A stretch of DNA of 64,000 nt from Halothece sp. (GCA_042218725.1 JBDGQV010000061.1:1602-65601), one strand, 5' to 3'. Shown: positions 27,990 through 39,290, counted from the first letter of the stretch. Translations and numbers: made by a program. Notes: generated by a model from the sequence alone, not told the origin.

Positions 27990-30900
27990 CTACTTGTTGG
28001 GATTTAAGCTGCGACGTTTCATGACCATTTCGTAGGCTTCAATGATGTCGCCTTCTTGCCAATTATTGAATCGCTTGGATCCAATACCGCATTCAAATCC
28101 GGATTGCACTTCTTTGGCATCTTCTTTGACTCGTTTGAGCGAGTCGATATTGCCTTCATAGACGACTTCACCGTTACGGCGAACGCGCATTTGACGATTG
28201 CGGACAATCCGGCCGGAGCGGACATAAGAGCCGGCAGCATAGCCGCGTCCCACTGGGAAGACAGCGCGCACTTCTGCTTCTCCCAAGGGAGATTCCACTT
28301 CTTCCGGTTCTAAGAGACCTTCCATGGCCCCTTGGATTTCATCCAGAAGTTTGTAAATAATGTCGTATTCTCGGATATCGACGCCTTCTTGGTCGGCAAC
28401 GGCTTTGGCATTAGAGGCCAAGGTGGTATTGAAGCCGATAATGACAGCACCGCTGGCGGCAGCGAGGTCAACATCGGTTTCCGTAACCTCCCCAGGGGCG
28501 GCAAATAAGACGCGGATTTGGACTTCGTTTTGAGGCAGTTGCGACAAGGAGCTTTGGATGGCTTCTACTGAACCTTGCACATCCGCTTTGATGATTAAGT
28601 TCAGTTCTTTGAGTTCGCCTTGTTGTGCCTGTTCAGAAGCAGCGCTGAGGGTTACGCGACGAGAACTGGCTGCCCGTTGCAAGCGAGAGTTTCGCTCTTG
28701 TTCAGCACGCTCTTCTGCAATTTCACGGGCTTCTCGTTCATCTTCATAGACTTCAAATTCATCGCCGGCACCGGGAACATCATTTAAGCCCAACACTTCC
28801 ACAGCAAAGGAGGGACTGGCTTGTTCTACCCGTTCGCCGCGATCATCGACCATGGCGCGGATTTTACCGAAGCAACTGCCGGCAACGATAACATTGCCGA
28901 TATAGAGGGTGCCATTTTGGACAAGTAAGCGGGCAACGGGACCGCGAGCGCGATCGAGGTTGGCTTCAATCACGGTGCCTCGGGCCAAGCGATCGGGGTT
29001 TGCAGAGAGTTCTTCCAGTTCCGCAACCAGAATAATCATCTCCAGCAAGTCATCTAAATATTCGCCAGTAATGGCGCTAACCCCGACCATGGGCGTTTCG
29101 CCGCCCCATTCTTCGGGAATCAAGCCTTGTTCGGTCAGCTCTTGTTTAACGCGATCGGGCTGTGCCCCTTCTTTATCCATCTTGTTGATGGCGACCACAA
29201 TGGGAACACCCGCTGCTTTGGCGTGACTAATGGCTTCTTGGGTTTGCGGTTGCACGCCATCATCCGCTGCCACAACTAGTACAGCAATATCGGTTACTTT
29301 AGCCCCTCGCGCCCGCATGGCGGTAAAGGCTTCGTGACCGGGAGTATCGAGGAAGACCACTTGTTTGGTTTCTCCTTCGTGATCCACATCCACATGGTAA
29401 GCCCCAGTATGTTGGGTAATACCGCCGGCTTCGCCTTCGGCCACTTTGGTTTTGCGAATGGAGTCCAGGAGACTGGTTTTCCCGTGATCCACGTGACCCA
29501 TAATGGTCACCACTGGCGGACGAGGCTGGAGATTTTCCAAGTCTTCGGAATCCAGCATCTCGGTTTTTTCCGCCCCGGATTTTTGTTCTGGGATTTCTAC
29601 TTCTACCCCTAAATCTTCGGCCACTAAGCGAGCCGTGTCTAACTCCAGGGTTTGGGTAATGTTGGCTTGAATCCCGCGATTCATGAAGAGGTTTTTAATG
29701 ATTTCCGTTTCCGAAACCGCAAGCATTTCTGCCAGTTCCGGAACCGCTAATTCCTGACTAAGGGTAATTTTCTGAGGACGTTCTTTTTGGGATCCTTTGT
29801 CTTGACGTTGGCTGCGTTGTTGAGTGCCCTGTTGACTGCCGCCGCGGTTTTTCTTGGGTTTACTAGGCGCACTCTTGGTTTGAGGCGAGGATTTTTTCTG
29901 GAGAGATTCCGGTTTCGGCGGACGTTCCAAGGAGCGCAGCGCAATTGACTGCTCTTCCGTTGCTGTTTCTTCTTCTTCCTCGTTGTCAAAGACAAGATCT
30001 TCCTCATCCTCGTCCTCTTCAAGAACGGGCTTTGGACGACGTTTTTTGGCAGCTTTTCCTTCTTCTTCTTCTTCCCAACCTTTTTTCTTCTTATCGGCTG
30101 GGCGAGTCGGGGCTTCCGGCCGTTTCGAGCGCGATCGTTTCGGTTGCTCTACCAGGAATTGGCTATCATCGTCGCTACTACTTTCTTGTTCAGATTCTTG
30201 TTCGGATTTGCTCGTCTTCGCAACTGCTTCCTCTTCTTTAGACGGCGCCGATTTTCCAGAATCTGCACGTTTCGGTTTCTCCAGCATTTTGGGTTTTGCT
30301 GGTTTTTTCGCTGCCGGTTTTTCTTCGGTTTTCTCAGCAGCTTGACTCGGTGCTTTCTCACCGCTGGTTGCTTCAGATTCGGATTGAGGTTTGGATTTGG
30401 TTGGCGCCGACTTCAAAGTCGGTTTTTTAGGTTTGGGTTTTTCAACTTTTTTCCCTTCTGTTTTAGGTTGCTCAGAAGGTGAGGATTTCGGCTTTTTGGG
30501 CGTGGGGGGACCAATTAACTCACTTTTTTCCTGGGAGGGGGATTGTGCAGAACTGGTTTGATGCGTTTCGTCTGATTGCGGAGACACGGAAGGCGACTGG
30601 GGCGCCTCTGCTTTCGCTGCCGGTTGTTGTTCACTACTTGGTTTGGGTGCAGGTGAGGCGGGTTGTTCCGGTTTCAGCGATTCACTCGCGGTATCAGAAG
30701 AAGCTGATGATTCGGCCTCGGAAGAAGGCTTTTTCATTTGGGGTTTCGATTTCATGTCTTGATTGGCCTCTGTATTTTCCACAGGGCGGCGCGGTGGTGT
30801 TTTTAATTGTGGTGAATTGCCCCTTCCGGCTTGTTGATGACTCGCTTCTGATGCGTCTTCTGCCCGTTGTTTATTGTGTCGAACTTCTAAAATTTGTTGA

Positions 30901-31130
30901 TTTTTTTTGCGGCTTTTGCCATTTTTGGCATTGGGTTTTCCTTTCCCGTTTTCTTGTGTTTTACTAACCCCCTCTTTTTGCACATTAGCTCGGATGCGCT
31001 CGGCATCTTCTTCTGGAATACTGCTACTATGAGTTTTAGCAGTAATATTCAGTTTATTGCAAATATCCAATACTTGTTTATTCTCCAGATTTAATTCTTT
31101 TGATAAATCGTAAATTCTCACCTTAGTCAT
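27990..31130 (-). CDS. infB: Translation initiation factor IF-2
   Basis: [11 protein letters not shown], long K/P/E/S-rich N-domain, [37 protein letters not shown]. Confidence 0.98.
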   Translation of the reverse strand: MTKVRIYDLSKELNLENKQVLDICNKLNITAKTHSSSIPEEDAERIRANVQKEGVSKTQENGKGKPNAKNGKSRKKNQQILEVRHNKQRAEDASEASHQQAGRGNSPQLKTPPRRPVENTEANQDMKSKPQMKKPSSEAESSASSDTASESLKPEQPASPAPKPSSEQQPAAKAEAPQSPSVSPQSDETHQTSSAQSPSQEKSELIGPPTPKKPKSSPSEQPKTEGKKVEKPKPKKPTLKSAPTKSKPQSESEATSGEKAPSQAAEKTEEKPAAKKPAKPKMLEKPKRADSGKSAPSKEEEAVAKTSKSEQESEQESSSDDDSQFLVEQPKRSRSKRPEAPTRPADKKKKGWEEEEEGKAAKKRRPKPVLEEDEDEEDLVFDNEEEEETATEEQSIALRSLERPPKPESLQKKSSPQTKSAPSKPKKNRGGSQQGTQQRSQRQDKGSQKERPQKITLSQELAVPELAEMLAVSETEIIKNLFMNRGIQANITQTLELDTARLVAEDLGVEVEIPEQKSGAEKTEMLDSEDLENLQPRPPVVTIMGHVDHGKTSLLDSIRKTKVAEGEAGGITQHTGAYHVDVDHEGETKQVVFLDTPGHEAFTAMRARGAKVTDIAVLVVAADDGVQPQTQEAISHAKAAGVPIVVAINKMDKEGAQPDRVKQELTEQGLIPEEWGGETPMVGVSAITGEYLDDLLEMIILVAELEELSANPDRLARGTVIEANLDRARGPVARLLVQNGTLYIGNVIVAGSCFGKIRAMVDDRGERVEQASPSFAVEVLGLNDVPGAGDEFEVYEDEREAREIAEERAEQERNSRLQRAASSRRVTLSAASEQAQQGELKELNLIIKADVQGSVEAIQSSLSQLPQNEVQIRVLFAAPGEVTETDVDLAAASGAVIIGFNTTLASNAKAVADQEGVDIREYDIIYKLLDEIQGAMEGLLEPEEVESPLGEAEVRAVFPVGRGYAAGSYVRSGRIVRNRQMRVRRNGEVVYEGNIDSLKRVKEDAKEVQSGFECGIGSKRFNNWQEGDIIEAYEMVMKRRSLNPNK

Positions 31131-31332
31131 CCACTATCCCCCGTCGTTGGTTGTGTTCAATTTGTTTAAAGCATAAGTCAAGGTACCTAATTCACAGTAG
31201 GTTTTATGGTTTATGATTACCAATATTGGTGTTTCATCAATGGCAATTGGCTTGATGAGGTATACTTAAGCGAAGGTTGCTTCTCCTAAATTTAGCCCTG
31301 AGTATCTTATTGTACCAACTCTTAAACGTTTT

Positions 31333-31623
31333 CTAGAATTCCGAGTCACCGGCTGGGGTTGGGACACTATTAGATTGCGAGTTTAGACGCTCCCAAAGCT
31401 GATCGTAAATTTCGGGAGGAACTTTGGCTTTTAAGGCTCGTCCTAAGCGATTTTTGTATTGTGCGGCTTTGAGACAACTGACACAGGGACAAATATAAGC
31501 CGAGCGTCCCATTCCCCGATCCAATTGTACCGTTTGCGAAGGGTGGACCCGCACAATCCGCCAAAATTCCTCTCGCGGAGCAATTCGGCGACAACTGATG
31601 CAACGTCGGTTATTTTTTTTCAT
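31333..31623 (-). CDS. ylxR: YlxR (DUF448) RNA-binding protein
   Basis: RRCISCR, WRIVR, GRSAYICP..SCL..A....RLGRALK; the start could be 31629 or 31623. Confidence 0.9.
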   Translation of the reverse strand: MKKNNRRCISCRRIAPREEFWRIVRVHPSQTVQLDRGMGRSAYICPCVSCLKAAQYKNRLGRALKAKVPPEIYDQLWERLNSQSNSVPTPAGDSEF

Positions 31624-31705
31624 GATCAAACCTTCCCTGGATCTGGTTTCAACAAGCTAAGCTGAAAGTATTTGCAGTTTTTACGAAACTTAATACTTTA
31701 AAGCT

Positions 31706-32617
31706 ATGGCAGTCAATCAAGCAGTTTCCACTTCAGTTGCAGGCAATTATTGGCAATGGCGCGGACAAGAGATTTATTATGTAGAGGCAGGAAAAGCGAC
31801 TGTGGCTCATGCCCCCCTATTATTAATTCATGGCTTTGGGGCTTCTACCGATCATTGGCGAAAAAATATCGCGGAACTGCAAAACCATTTTAAAGTTTAT
31901 GCCATTGATTTACTCGGGTTTGGACGGTCTAGCAAACCTGATTGGGTTTATCAGGGTCAATTATGGGAAGAACAACTAGCAACGTTTATTCAGGAAGTTG
32001 TGGGTCAGCCTGCGGTTTTAGCTGGAAATTCCTTAGGGGGATATGCCGCGCTGTGTGTGGCTGGCAATCATCCGGAATTAGCGCAAGGGTTGGTATTGCT
32101 TAATAGTGCCGGGCCTTTTTCTAACCAAGAGCAATCGCCAAATATGCCGTCGCAACTGACGTTCAAGCAACGCTTGCAGAAGATGGTCCGCTCGATTTTA
32201 TTACATCCTTGGAGCAGTTTCTTACTATTTCAATATCTTCGGCGAAAGTCAATGATTCGGCGCACTTTGAAACAAGTTTATTTAGATCAGAGTGCAGTGA
32301 CCGAGCAATTGGTGGAGGATATCTATCGCCCCTCTTGCGATCGCGGGGCGGCGAAGGTGTTTGCGTCGGTGTTTAAGAGTCCCAGAGGCGACAAGGTGGA
32401 TGTGTTATTGCAACGGCTGCAGGTGCCCTTGTTATTGCTTTGGGGAGAAGGGGATCCTTGGATGGATACGAAAGCGCGATCGCGCCAATTTCACCAACAT
32501 TATTCCCAAATTTCGGAACAGTTTCTCCAGGCAGGACATTGCCCCCATGATGAAGTTCCCGAACAGGTCAATCAAATCATTAAAAACTGGGTTGTTTCCG
32601 TGGTTAATCACCAGTAA
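31706..32617 (+). CDS. Alpha/beta fold hydrolase (cyanobacterial, pheophytinase-like clade)
   Basis: LLIHGFGASTDHWRKN, AIDLLGFGRS.KP, GNSLGG, LWGEGDPW, AGHCPHDE. Confidence 0.9.
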   Translation: MAVNQAVSTSVAGNYWQWRGQEIYYVEAGKATVAHAPLLLIHGFGASTDHWRKNIAELQNHFKVYAIDLLGFGRSSKPDWVYQGQLWEEQLATFIQEVVGQPAVLAGNSLGGYAALCVAGNHPELAQGLVLLNSAGPFSNQEQSPNMPSQLTFKQRLQKMVRSILLHPWSSFLLFQYLRRKSMIRRTLKQVYLDQSAVTEQLVEDIYRPSCDRGAAKVFASVFKSPRGDKVDVLLQRLQVPLLLLWGEGDPWMDTKARSRQFHQHYSQISEQFLQAGHCPHDEVPEQVNQIIKNWVVSVVNHQ

Positions 32618-32665
32618 TCATCACGATTGTACAGATTCAATAGCGATCTCAATTTAATTTTCTTG

Positions 32666-34006
32666 ATGAGCATTTCTACAACCTCTCGCCCGAATCGGAT
32701 TAAAACACAGCTGCGAGCTTTCATTAAAGATAAACTGTTTTTGGGCAATGACCCCACACCGGAATTAATTGCCATTGTTAGCGTTTATGTGGTGCGCGGC
32801 ATTCTCAACTTAGCGCGTCTTGCCATTAGTTTTTTCCTGAAGGATGATTTAGGCTTAAGCCCGGCAGAAGTTTCGGCGTTAACGGGGGTAGCAGTGCTTC
32901 CTTGGGTCATTAAACCCTTATTTGGGTTTGTCTCCGATGGCTTTCCCGTATTTGGCTACCGGCGCCGCCCCTATTTAGTCTTTTCCGGTTTTTTAGGAAC
33001 TGCCTCTTGGTTAGCCTTGGCAACGGTTGTGGATAATGCTTGGGCAGCCACTCTCGCCATTTTAATGAGTTCGGCTTCCATTGCCATTAGCGATGTGATT
33101 GTGGATTCGCAAGTGGTGGAACGGGCACGGGAGGAATCCTTAGCCAATGCCGGGTCGCTACAATCTTTAAGTTGGGGGGCGTCGGCACTGGGCGGTTTAA
33201 TTACCGCTTATTTTAGCGGTTGGTTGCTGGAATTATTTGTTCCAAAAACGGTTTTTGCGATTACCTCAATTTTTCCCTTAGTGTTTTCCGGGGTGGCTTG
33301 GTTGATTGCTGAAGATCCAGTTCCTAAAAGCGATCGCGCCGAAGTTCTCAGTAATCTCAAAAGGCAAGGCAAACAGCTGTGGCAAGCCTTTACCCAAAAA
33401 CGAATTTTATTGCCAACCATTTTTATTTTCCTATGGCAATCAACTCCCAGTTCCGATTCAGCAATTTTCTTTTTTATTACCAATGAATTGGGCTTTGAAC
33501 CGGAATTTTTAGGACGAGTACGGTTAGTCAGCAGTTTTGCTTCACTAGCAGGGGTTTGGATTTTTCAACGCTTCTTAAAAACGATTCCCTTTCGGCAAGT
33601 TTTAGGGTGGAGTACCTTAATTTCTGCTGTTTTAGGAATGAGTGTTTTATTATTAGTCACTCATGCCAACCGAGCGTTAGGAATTGATGATTATTGGTTT
33701 AGTTTAGGGGATAATTTAATCTTAAATGTGGTGGGAGAAATTGCGTTTATGCCAGTCTTAGTGTTATCAGCGAGACTTTGTCCGCCTGGCATTGAAGCCA
33801 CATTGTTTGCTTTACTAATGTCAATTTTTAATTTAGCCGGATTTCTCTCTCACGAATTAGGCGGTTTATTAACGTCATTATTAGGCGTAACGGAAAACAA
33901 TTTTGATCGGCTTTGGTTGTTAGTTATTTTAACCAATGTTTCCACCTTGCTTCCCCTGCCGTTAATTAATTTTTTACCCGCCACTGATCCCAGAAATGAA
34001 CAATAA
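32666..34006 (+). CDS. Folate/biopterin (BT1/FBT) MFS transporter
   Basis: FFLKDDLGLSPAE, LPWVIKPLFGFVSD, GYRRRPY, LCPPGIEATLFALLMS; ATG at 32666 is preferred. Confidence 0.92.
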   Translation: MSISTTSRPNRIKTQLRAFIKDKLFLGNDPTPELIAIVSVYVVRGILNLARLAISFFLKDDLGLSPAEVSALTGVAVLPWVIKPLFGFVSDGFPVFGYRRRPYLVFSGFLGTASWLALATVVDNAWAATLAILMSSASIAISDVIVDSQVVERAREESLANAGSLQSLSWGASALGGLITAYFSGWLLELFVPKTVFAITSIFPLVFSGVAWLIAEDPVPKSDRAEVLSNLKRQGKQLWQAFTQKRILLPTIFIFLWQSTPSSDSAIFFFITNELGFEPEFLGRVRLVSSFASLAGVWIFQRFLKTIPFRQVLGWSTLISAVLGMSVLLLVTHANRALGIDDYWFSLGDNLILNVVGEIAFMPVLVLSARLCPPGIEATLFALLMSIFNLAGFLSHELGGLLTSLLGVTENNFDRLWLLVILTNVSTLLPLPLINFLPATDPRNEQ

Positions 34007-34011
34007 TTGAT

Positions 34012-35415
34012 TTAACTGCCGGGTTGTTTGGGCGTCATTTGCATTTTCGGCATTTTGACAATGGTTTGATATAACTGTTCAGCCGTTTCCGTATTCGCTT
34101 CCGAGGTAAGGTGAATGGGATCAACAAAAGCCGGATTAGAGAGATCGGTATAACTATTATATAAATTCACACTTTTGACATTTTTGGGAAAAAGTTGTTC
34201 TAGTTCACGGTTGGCTTTTCCAATTTTTTCGGTGTAGGCTTGTTGAACTTGCTCAACATAGTTATTGCCTAATTCATTAATAATCTTTTGTTCTTGTGGG
34301 GGCAACTGATCTAAATTGCGCCCTAACTTGCGCCCCGTAATTTCCGGTTGAACAACGCTAATTAAAGGTACTCCTGCCCCAGCAGCAAGACGTACCATTT
34401 GTAGATGATTCTCACGATAGCGATCAATGCGTTTGTTTAATTCATTTAATTGTTGAGGGAGATACGCATCCAAGGGTTGATTCGGCTTGGGGTTAAGAAC
34501 CAAGGTTTCTTGCGTGGTGGTAACCGGAGGCGTTGTCATGTATGACGTTGCCATTTGGAGTAAATCGCTTTTTTGCGTCCAATTTTGGAGCGGTTTCCCT
34601 AAATAATCCCGAAAATGTTTGGTGGCATTGGTGAGATAGGTATCAACAAGGGGAATATCAGCAAAGGATTCTTGACTGGGCAACATTAAGTCTTTGTAAC
34701 CCCCCATCACAATAATTAAATCCGGATTATAGGGAAGAATCCTCATGGCTAATTGGGCGCGTTGATTGCCAGAGGCGTAACCGGGAATGGCGGCATTAAT
34801 GACTTGATAGTTTCCTTCCTTTAACCGCGGTGTTTTTTGTAACTGTTTTTCCCGATCCGGTTTATAAAAGGAAAGAACCTCCGGTTGATATTGCTGGGGT
34901 TGATTTTGTTGTTTTTCTACCCGTTGATTAAGACGTTGTTCCAGTTTTTGCGCGATCGTATTTTGGTTGCTATCGCTGCGATAGCCAAAGGCAGCGGAAC
35001 CTCCCAAAATAAACACACGCACTTCATTACTGGGTTTGGTTTTGGGAATGGAAACCCGTTCTCGCCATCCTTGTTGATTAATTTGCCAAAATTGACTCTG
35101 TTGATTGGGAACTAGTTGATATCCCAACACCGGATTGCGTTGAAGCTTTAACTTTCCCTGTTGGGGCAATCCCTGAATCGGTTGATTGTTGCTCAAAAAC
35201 TGCAACTGATAGGCTTGAGAGAGGGGAGAGTTGTCTTGTTTGCGGGTTAAACGCTCAGGCTTGCCGGCAAAGCTGAAAAAGAGTCGAATGCCTATTTCTG
35301 AAATCCCCAATATCATTAATAGCAACAGCGGAAACCAAACCAGCATCCAGAAAAAAGAGAAGCGTTTGCGTTTTTGTTTTTGACCAAGATAGAGTTTTTG
35401 ACGAGATTTAAACAT
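34012..35415 (-). CDS. SGNH/GDSL hydrolase family protein with N-terminal TM anchor
   Basis: INQQGWR, RVFILGGSAAFG, VINAAIPGY.SG, FVDPIHL. Confidence 0.8.
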   Translation of the reverse strand: MFKSRQKLYLGQKQKRKRFSFFWMLVWFPLLLLMILGISEIGIRLFFSFAGKPERLTRKQDNSPLSQAYQLQFLSNNQPIQGLPQQGKLKLQRNPVLGYQLVPNQQSQFWQINQQGWRERVSIPKTKPSNEVRVFILGGSAAFGYRSDSNQNTIAQKLEQRLNQRVEKQQNQPQQYQPEVLSFYKPDREKQLQKTPRLKEGNYQVINAAIPGYASGNQRAQLAMRILPYNPDLIIVMGGYKDLMLPSQESFADIPLVDTYLTNATKHFRDYLGKPLQNWTQKSDLLQMATSYMTTPPVTTTQETLVLNPKPNQPLDAYLPQQLNELNKRIDRYRENHLQMVRLAAGAGVPLISVVQPEITGRKLGRNLDQLPPQEQKIINELGNNYVEQVQQAYTEKIGKANRELEQLFPKNVKSVNLYNSYTDLSNPAFVDPIHLTSEANTETAEQLYQTIVKMPKMQMTPKQPGS

Positions 35416-35443
35416 AACCTAAAGCCCAAGTAATGAATTGTCC

Positions 35444-36193
35444 TTAATTTTGAGAAACGGCAGAAGCGGTTGGAGAAGACTGACGATTCTTAATCGATAT
35501 GCCAATATAAACGATAGCTAGGATCGCGATCGCGCCAAATCCTAAAGGTTCAGGCAACCAAAAGACCACTTCAATTTGATTGTTTTCTCCAGGTTGTAAA
35601 TACCATACCGTTTCTCCGCCCGTTTGTTTCACTAGGGAGGAATTCGCTGCCGGATCTGGGGCAATAATCTCCATTCCCCAAGGCGTATTTAAGCGAAATT
35701 CTAAATCTAACAGAGAATTTGCCCCCACAATTCGAGAATTATCCCCTTTAATGGTTCCTAGGGCGGTTAAATCGATATTGAGCTTTAAATGGGTGCGTTG
35801 AAACAGTACAAAATTATTCTGTTGCGCGGTCAGTTGTGAATCCAGTTGCACTAACTCACTGGGAGGTTGCGATCGCGTGTTAGGATTAAAGAAGCGATTA
35901 AACTTGGATTCCAGTTGTTCGGCATTGGCAAAGGGAATCGTTAATTCCATTTCTTGCGATGACAGTCGTTCGGTGTTTCCTCCCAACTGCCTAGCCCGTT
36001 TTTGCAAACTTCCTAACCAGTCTTCCACATCAGCTTGACTAAAACTGGTTAATTGTTCCCCTAACTGGATATGTTGAACAATTTTGCCTTGGTGCAACCC
36101 GGCAATATTAATGCCGACATCGTAGTTAACGCAACCGGTAAGGCAAATCGGAAGGAGAAGGAGAAATAGACGTTTCCACAAAAATTGAATCAT
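35444..36193 (-). CDS. DUF3153-like lipoprotein with C-terminal TM segment
   Basis: Lipobox LTGC, VNYDVGIN, LEFRLNTPWG, W.LQPGENN.IEVVFWLP.PLGFG. Confidence 0.8.
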   Translation of the reverse strand: MIQFLWKRLFLLLLPICLTGCVNYDVGINIAGLHQGKIVQHIQLGEQLTSFSQADVEDWLGSLQKRARQLGGNTERLSSQEMELTIPFANAEQLESKFNRFFNPNTRSQPPSELVQLDSQLTAQQNNFVLFQRTHLKLNIDLTALGTIKGDNSRIVGANSLLDLEFRLNTPWGMEIIAPDPAANSSLVKQTGGETVWYLQPGENNQIEVVFWLPEPLGFGAIAILAIVYIGISIKNRQSSPTASAVSQN

Positions 36194-36196
36194 GTC

Positions 36197-38209
36197 TCAC
36201 TTGCCGCTGTGATTGTCTTGATTGAGGTAAGTATAGTTGCTAAGACCCCGTTCATAGTTTCTCAATAAACGCCGGGATTCGGCTAGGGAAATGAGATCTT
36301 TTTCCAGGGCTTGTTCTGTATGACGGCGCAAATTTTCTAATAAGCCTTCTTCCGAGTATTGGGTTTGTGCTAACACCTCGCTAATGGTATCACCCCGTAC
36401 TAACTGTTCAATTTTATAGCCTTTGGGGTGAGTTTGAATATGCACGACATTGGTGTCGCCAAATAAGTTATGTAAGTTCCCCATAATTTCTTGATAAGCG
36501 CCGACTAAAAACATCCCTAAATAATAGGGCTGATCGGTTTGGAGGGGATGGAGTTCTAAAAAATCTTTTGGGCTTTGACCTTGGGGGTTAATAAATTGGC
36601 TGATTTTGCCGTCGCTATCACAGGTTAAATCCGCTAAAATGGCTCGTTTAGTTGGGGCTTCATTGAGGCGATGAATGGGCATAATGGGAAACAGTTGATC
36701 AATGGCCCAATGATCGGGGGTGGATTGAAAAACTGAGAGATTAATGTAGTAAATTGAGGTGAGAACTTTCGCTAATTCTTTAAGATCATCATTGATGGTT
36801 TCTTGATATTTAATAATCTCAAAAAGTTTGGCACAACAAGCCCAATATAGTTGTTCTGCCCTGGCTCGTTCTTGTAAACTTAAATAACTAAAATTGAATA
36901 AACTAATGGCTTCTTGTTTAAATTGAATGGCATCGTGATAGGGTTCTTGGTAATTATTTTCACTAATTAAAGCGTAGGTTTCCCAGAGATTGCGAATAAT
37001 AATATGTTCTTCTTCTTCGACGACAGGGGGAGGCGTGACTGGCGGTTCACTGCTTCCTAAAACATCAAAAATGAGTACCCCTTGATGAGACGCGATCGCG
37101 CGGCCGCTTTCACTGACTAAAGTAGGCACGGGAATCTCGGCTTGGTCACAGGCTTCTTTTACTTCCGCAACAATATCATTGGCATAATTTTGCATATTGT
37201 AGTTTTTGGAAGCATTATTTTTCTTAGTTTTTGACCCATCATAATCAACCGCTAAGCCGCCGCCGACATCCAGGTATTTTAAGTTGCCTCCCATGCGGGT
37301 TAATTCCACATAAATTTGTGCCGCTTCGCGGATGGCTTCTTTAATCACACTAATGGAAGAAACTTGCGATCCAATGTGGAAATGGAGGAGTTGCAAACAG
37401 TCTAATTGGTTGCTTGATTTTAGGGTTTCCACTGCTTGTAAAATTTGCCAAATGGTTAAGCCAAACTTAGCGCGATCGCCGGTGGAACTTCCCCATCTTC
37501 CGGTTCCTTTTGTGCTTAATTGGGCGCGAACGCCAATGATTGGTTGAATCCCCAATTCTTGACCAATATTTTGGATTAATTCCAGTTCTTCTAATTGTTC
37601 CACCACAATAATCGTTTCATAGCCTAATCGCCGGGAAAGCAAAGCCGTTTCAATATAGTCTTGATCTTTATAACCATTACAAATCAGGAGCGATTTTTGG
37701 CCATCTTTTTGATTAAGTTGTAAGGGATTTAATGTTGCCAAAGCAATCATTAACTCCGGTTTGGAACCAACTTCTAATCCTAACTGGTGCCGTTTGCCGT
37801 ACTCGACTAGCGATTCCACCAGATGACGATGTTGGTTGCATTTAATCGGAAAAACGCCGCGATAATTTCCCGGATAATTGTAGCGAGAAATAGCGCGATC
37901 AAAGCAGGCATATAATCGTTCCACGCGATCGGCTAAAATTTCAGGAAAGCGGATTAAAACCGGCAGTTCAATATTGCGTTTTCTGAGGGCTTCTACTAAC
38001 TCGTATAAATCTAAAGATGTCCCGCGATCGCCCTGTGGCGAAACCGTAATATGTCCGGCACGATTAATGGAAAAATAGGGATCGCCCCACCCTTGAATTT
38101 GATAAGTTTGTTCACTGTCTTCAATCGTCCATTGAGTTTGAGAAGATTGATGATTGTTCGTTTCCTTCTCCCCCTCTAGGGAAGAAAAAGACTGGTATTG
38201 AATCGACAT
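36197..38209 (-). CDS. speA: Biosynthetic arginine decarboxylase
   Basis: WG.PYF.IN, VFPIKCNQ, EVGSKPEL, CNGYKD, KFGL, HFHIGSQ, DVGGGLAVDYDGSK, ESGRA, DLTCDSDG, GAYQEIMGNLHNLFG. Confidence 0.97.
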   Translation of the reverse strand: MSIQYQSFSSLEGEKETNNHQSSQTQWTIEDSEQTYQIQGWGDPYFSINRAGHITVSPQGDRGTSLDLYELVEALRKRNIELPVLIRFPEILADRVERLYACFDRAISRYNYPGNYRGVFPIKCNQHRHLVESLVEYGKRHQLGLEVGSKPELMIALATLNPLQLNQKDGQKSLLICNGYKDQDYIETALLSRRLGYETIIVVEQLEELELIQNIGQELGIQPIIGVRAQLSTKGTGRWGSSTGDRAKFGLTIWQILQAVETLKSSNQLDCLQLLHFHIGSQVSSISVIKEAIREAAQIYVELTRMGGNLKYLDVGGGLAVDYDGSKTKKNNASKNYNMQNYANDIVAEVKEACDQAEIPVPTLVSESGRAIASHQGVLIFDVLGSSEPPVTPPPVVEEEEHIIIRNLWETYALISENNYQEPYHDAIQFKQEAISLFNFSYLSLQERARAEQLYWACCAKLFEIIKYQETINDDLKELAKVLTSIYYINLSVFQSTPDHWAIDQLFPIMPIHRLNEAPTKRAILADLTCDSDGKISQFINPQGQSPKDFLELHPLQTDQPYYLGMFLVGAYQEIMGNLHNLFGDTNVVHIQTHPKGYKIEQLVRGDTISEVLAQTQYSEEGLLENLRRHTEQALEKDLISLAESRRLLRNYERGLSNYTYLNQDNHSGK

Positions 38210-38268
38210 ACTGGCTAAAAAAATTCATCACAGCAATTTCCTATCTTAGACCTTGCGACATCAAGGCA

Positions 38269-38910
38269 CTACTCACTAAAGCATTTAATTAGCCAGCGAT
38301 TGACTTCACCATCATCCTGATAACGACTTCTCGCAAGTGCTTCTTCCACGATCGCGATTTCTAAGGTTGGCAAAACTTGAGAGATGTCTCTGGTTCGACT
38401 GCCCCCATCAATCATTTCAAACGCGGTTACTTTCGCATTATTCGTATCAATAACCCAGTATTCCTTCACGCCTAAACGTTCGTAAAGCAATCTCTTTTGC
38501 CCTAAATCATCACTGAGAGTAGTGGAAGCAATTTCAATCACTAAGCTTGGCGGGGGATATTGATCTAAGTTAATGGGTTCATTACTCCGAGGCGGAAAGG
38601 CGTCACGATTGCCCAAATAAAAGGATGAATCCGGTTGCGCTTCTTGTTTTTGGGAGCGTCTGAGTGTAACATTGGTTAACTCTAATACTGAAATTTGGTT
38701 TAGGGTGGCAAACAAACTAATTAATCGTGCCACCACTGAATTGTCTCGGCTGTGATTAATCCCCAGAGGCGTCATTTCCAACTTCATGCAACCGTGGTCG
38801 AAATAAAACCGACCCTTTTCATATTCCGGTTGTTGGGCGAGTTGACAGAACCCTTGCCAACTTATGGGTTGCCAAGTTTCGGTTATCGGCTTGGCGGTTG
38901 CATCGGCCAT
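38269..38910 (-). CDS. Uma2 family endonuclease-like protein
   Basis: QPDSSFY, PPSLVIEIA.T.L.DDLG.KRLLYERLGV.EYWV.D. Confidence 0.9.
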   Translation of the reverse strand: MADATAKPITETWQPISWQGFCQLAQQPEYEKGRFYFDHGCMKLEMTPLGINHSRDNSVVARLISLFATLNQISVLELTNVTLRRSQKQEAQPDSSFYLGNRDAFPPRSNEPINLDQYPPPSLVIEIASTTLSDDLGQKRLLYERLGVKEYWVIDTNNAKVTAFEMIDGGSRTRDISQVLPTLEIAIVEEALARSRYQDDGEVNRWLIKCFSE

Positions 38911-39017
38911 AACAAATCTTTTAACCCGATCCCATCAAGTTATATCCATTTTAGAGCAAGGCGGGGCGCGATCGCGCTTTCCCAATTAGGCAATGGAACG
39001 CAAGAAACCGAACAGTC

Positions 39018-39290
39018 AATGATTTTCGCAAACCCTGCTGTTGCCCCTTCCGCTTGGCCGCGCGCGATCAACCTCTGCAAAGTCTTGTTTTAAAACTTCT
39101 ATCTTGTCACCGTACCGTTTTCTCGCTTGTTCTTCGGTTAACCCCACACGGGCTAATTCCGGTTCAGTAAACGTTGCCCAAGGAATGACGCGATAGTCTG
39201 CTTTTGCTGAGGGAACAAAAAAATCACTTCTACCCCTAAACTTTCAAAGCGTTCTGGGCAATCATGGAGTTGGATGGTACTAATGACTTT
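39018..39290 (-). pseudogene. Remnant of a pyridine nucleotide-disulfide oxidoreductase (mercuric reductase/LPD-like), internally deleted and frameshifted
   Basis: KVISTIQLHDCPERFESLGVEVIF is joined at a T7 run to FVPSAKADYRVIPWATFTEPELARVGLTEEQARKRYGDKIEVLKQDFAEVDRA, then a frameshift, then QAEGATAGFAKII. Confidence 0.8.

Noticed and set aside
29700-30950. K/P/E/S-rich low-complexity stretch in infB as a novel repeat
   Set aside because: A long low-complexity N-terminal region is typical of cyanobacterial IF-2, and no discrete repeat unit is present.
38269-38910. Uma2 gene as part of a defence system
   Set aside because: Uma2 paralogs are abundant and scattered in cyanobacteria, and there is no methylase or other defence gene adjacent.
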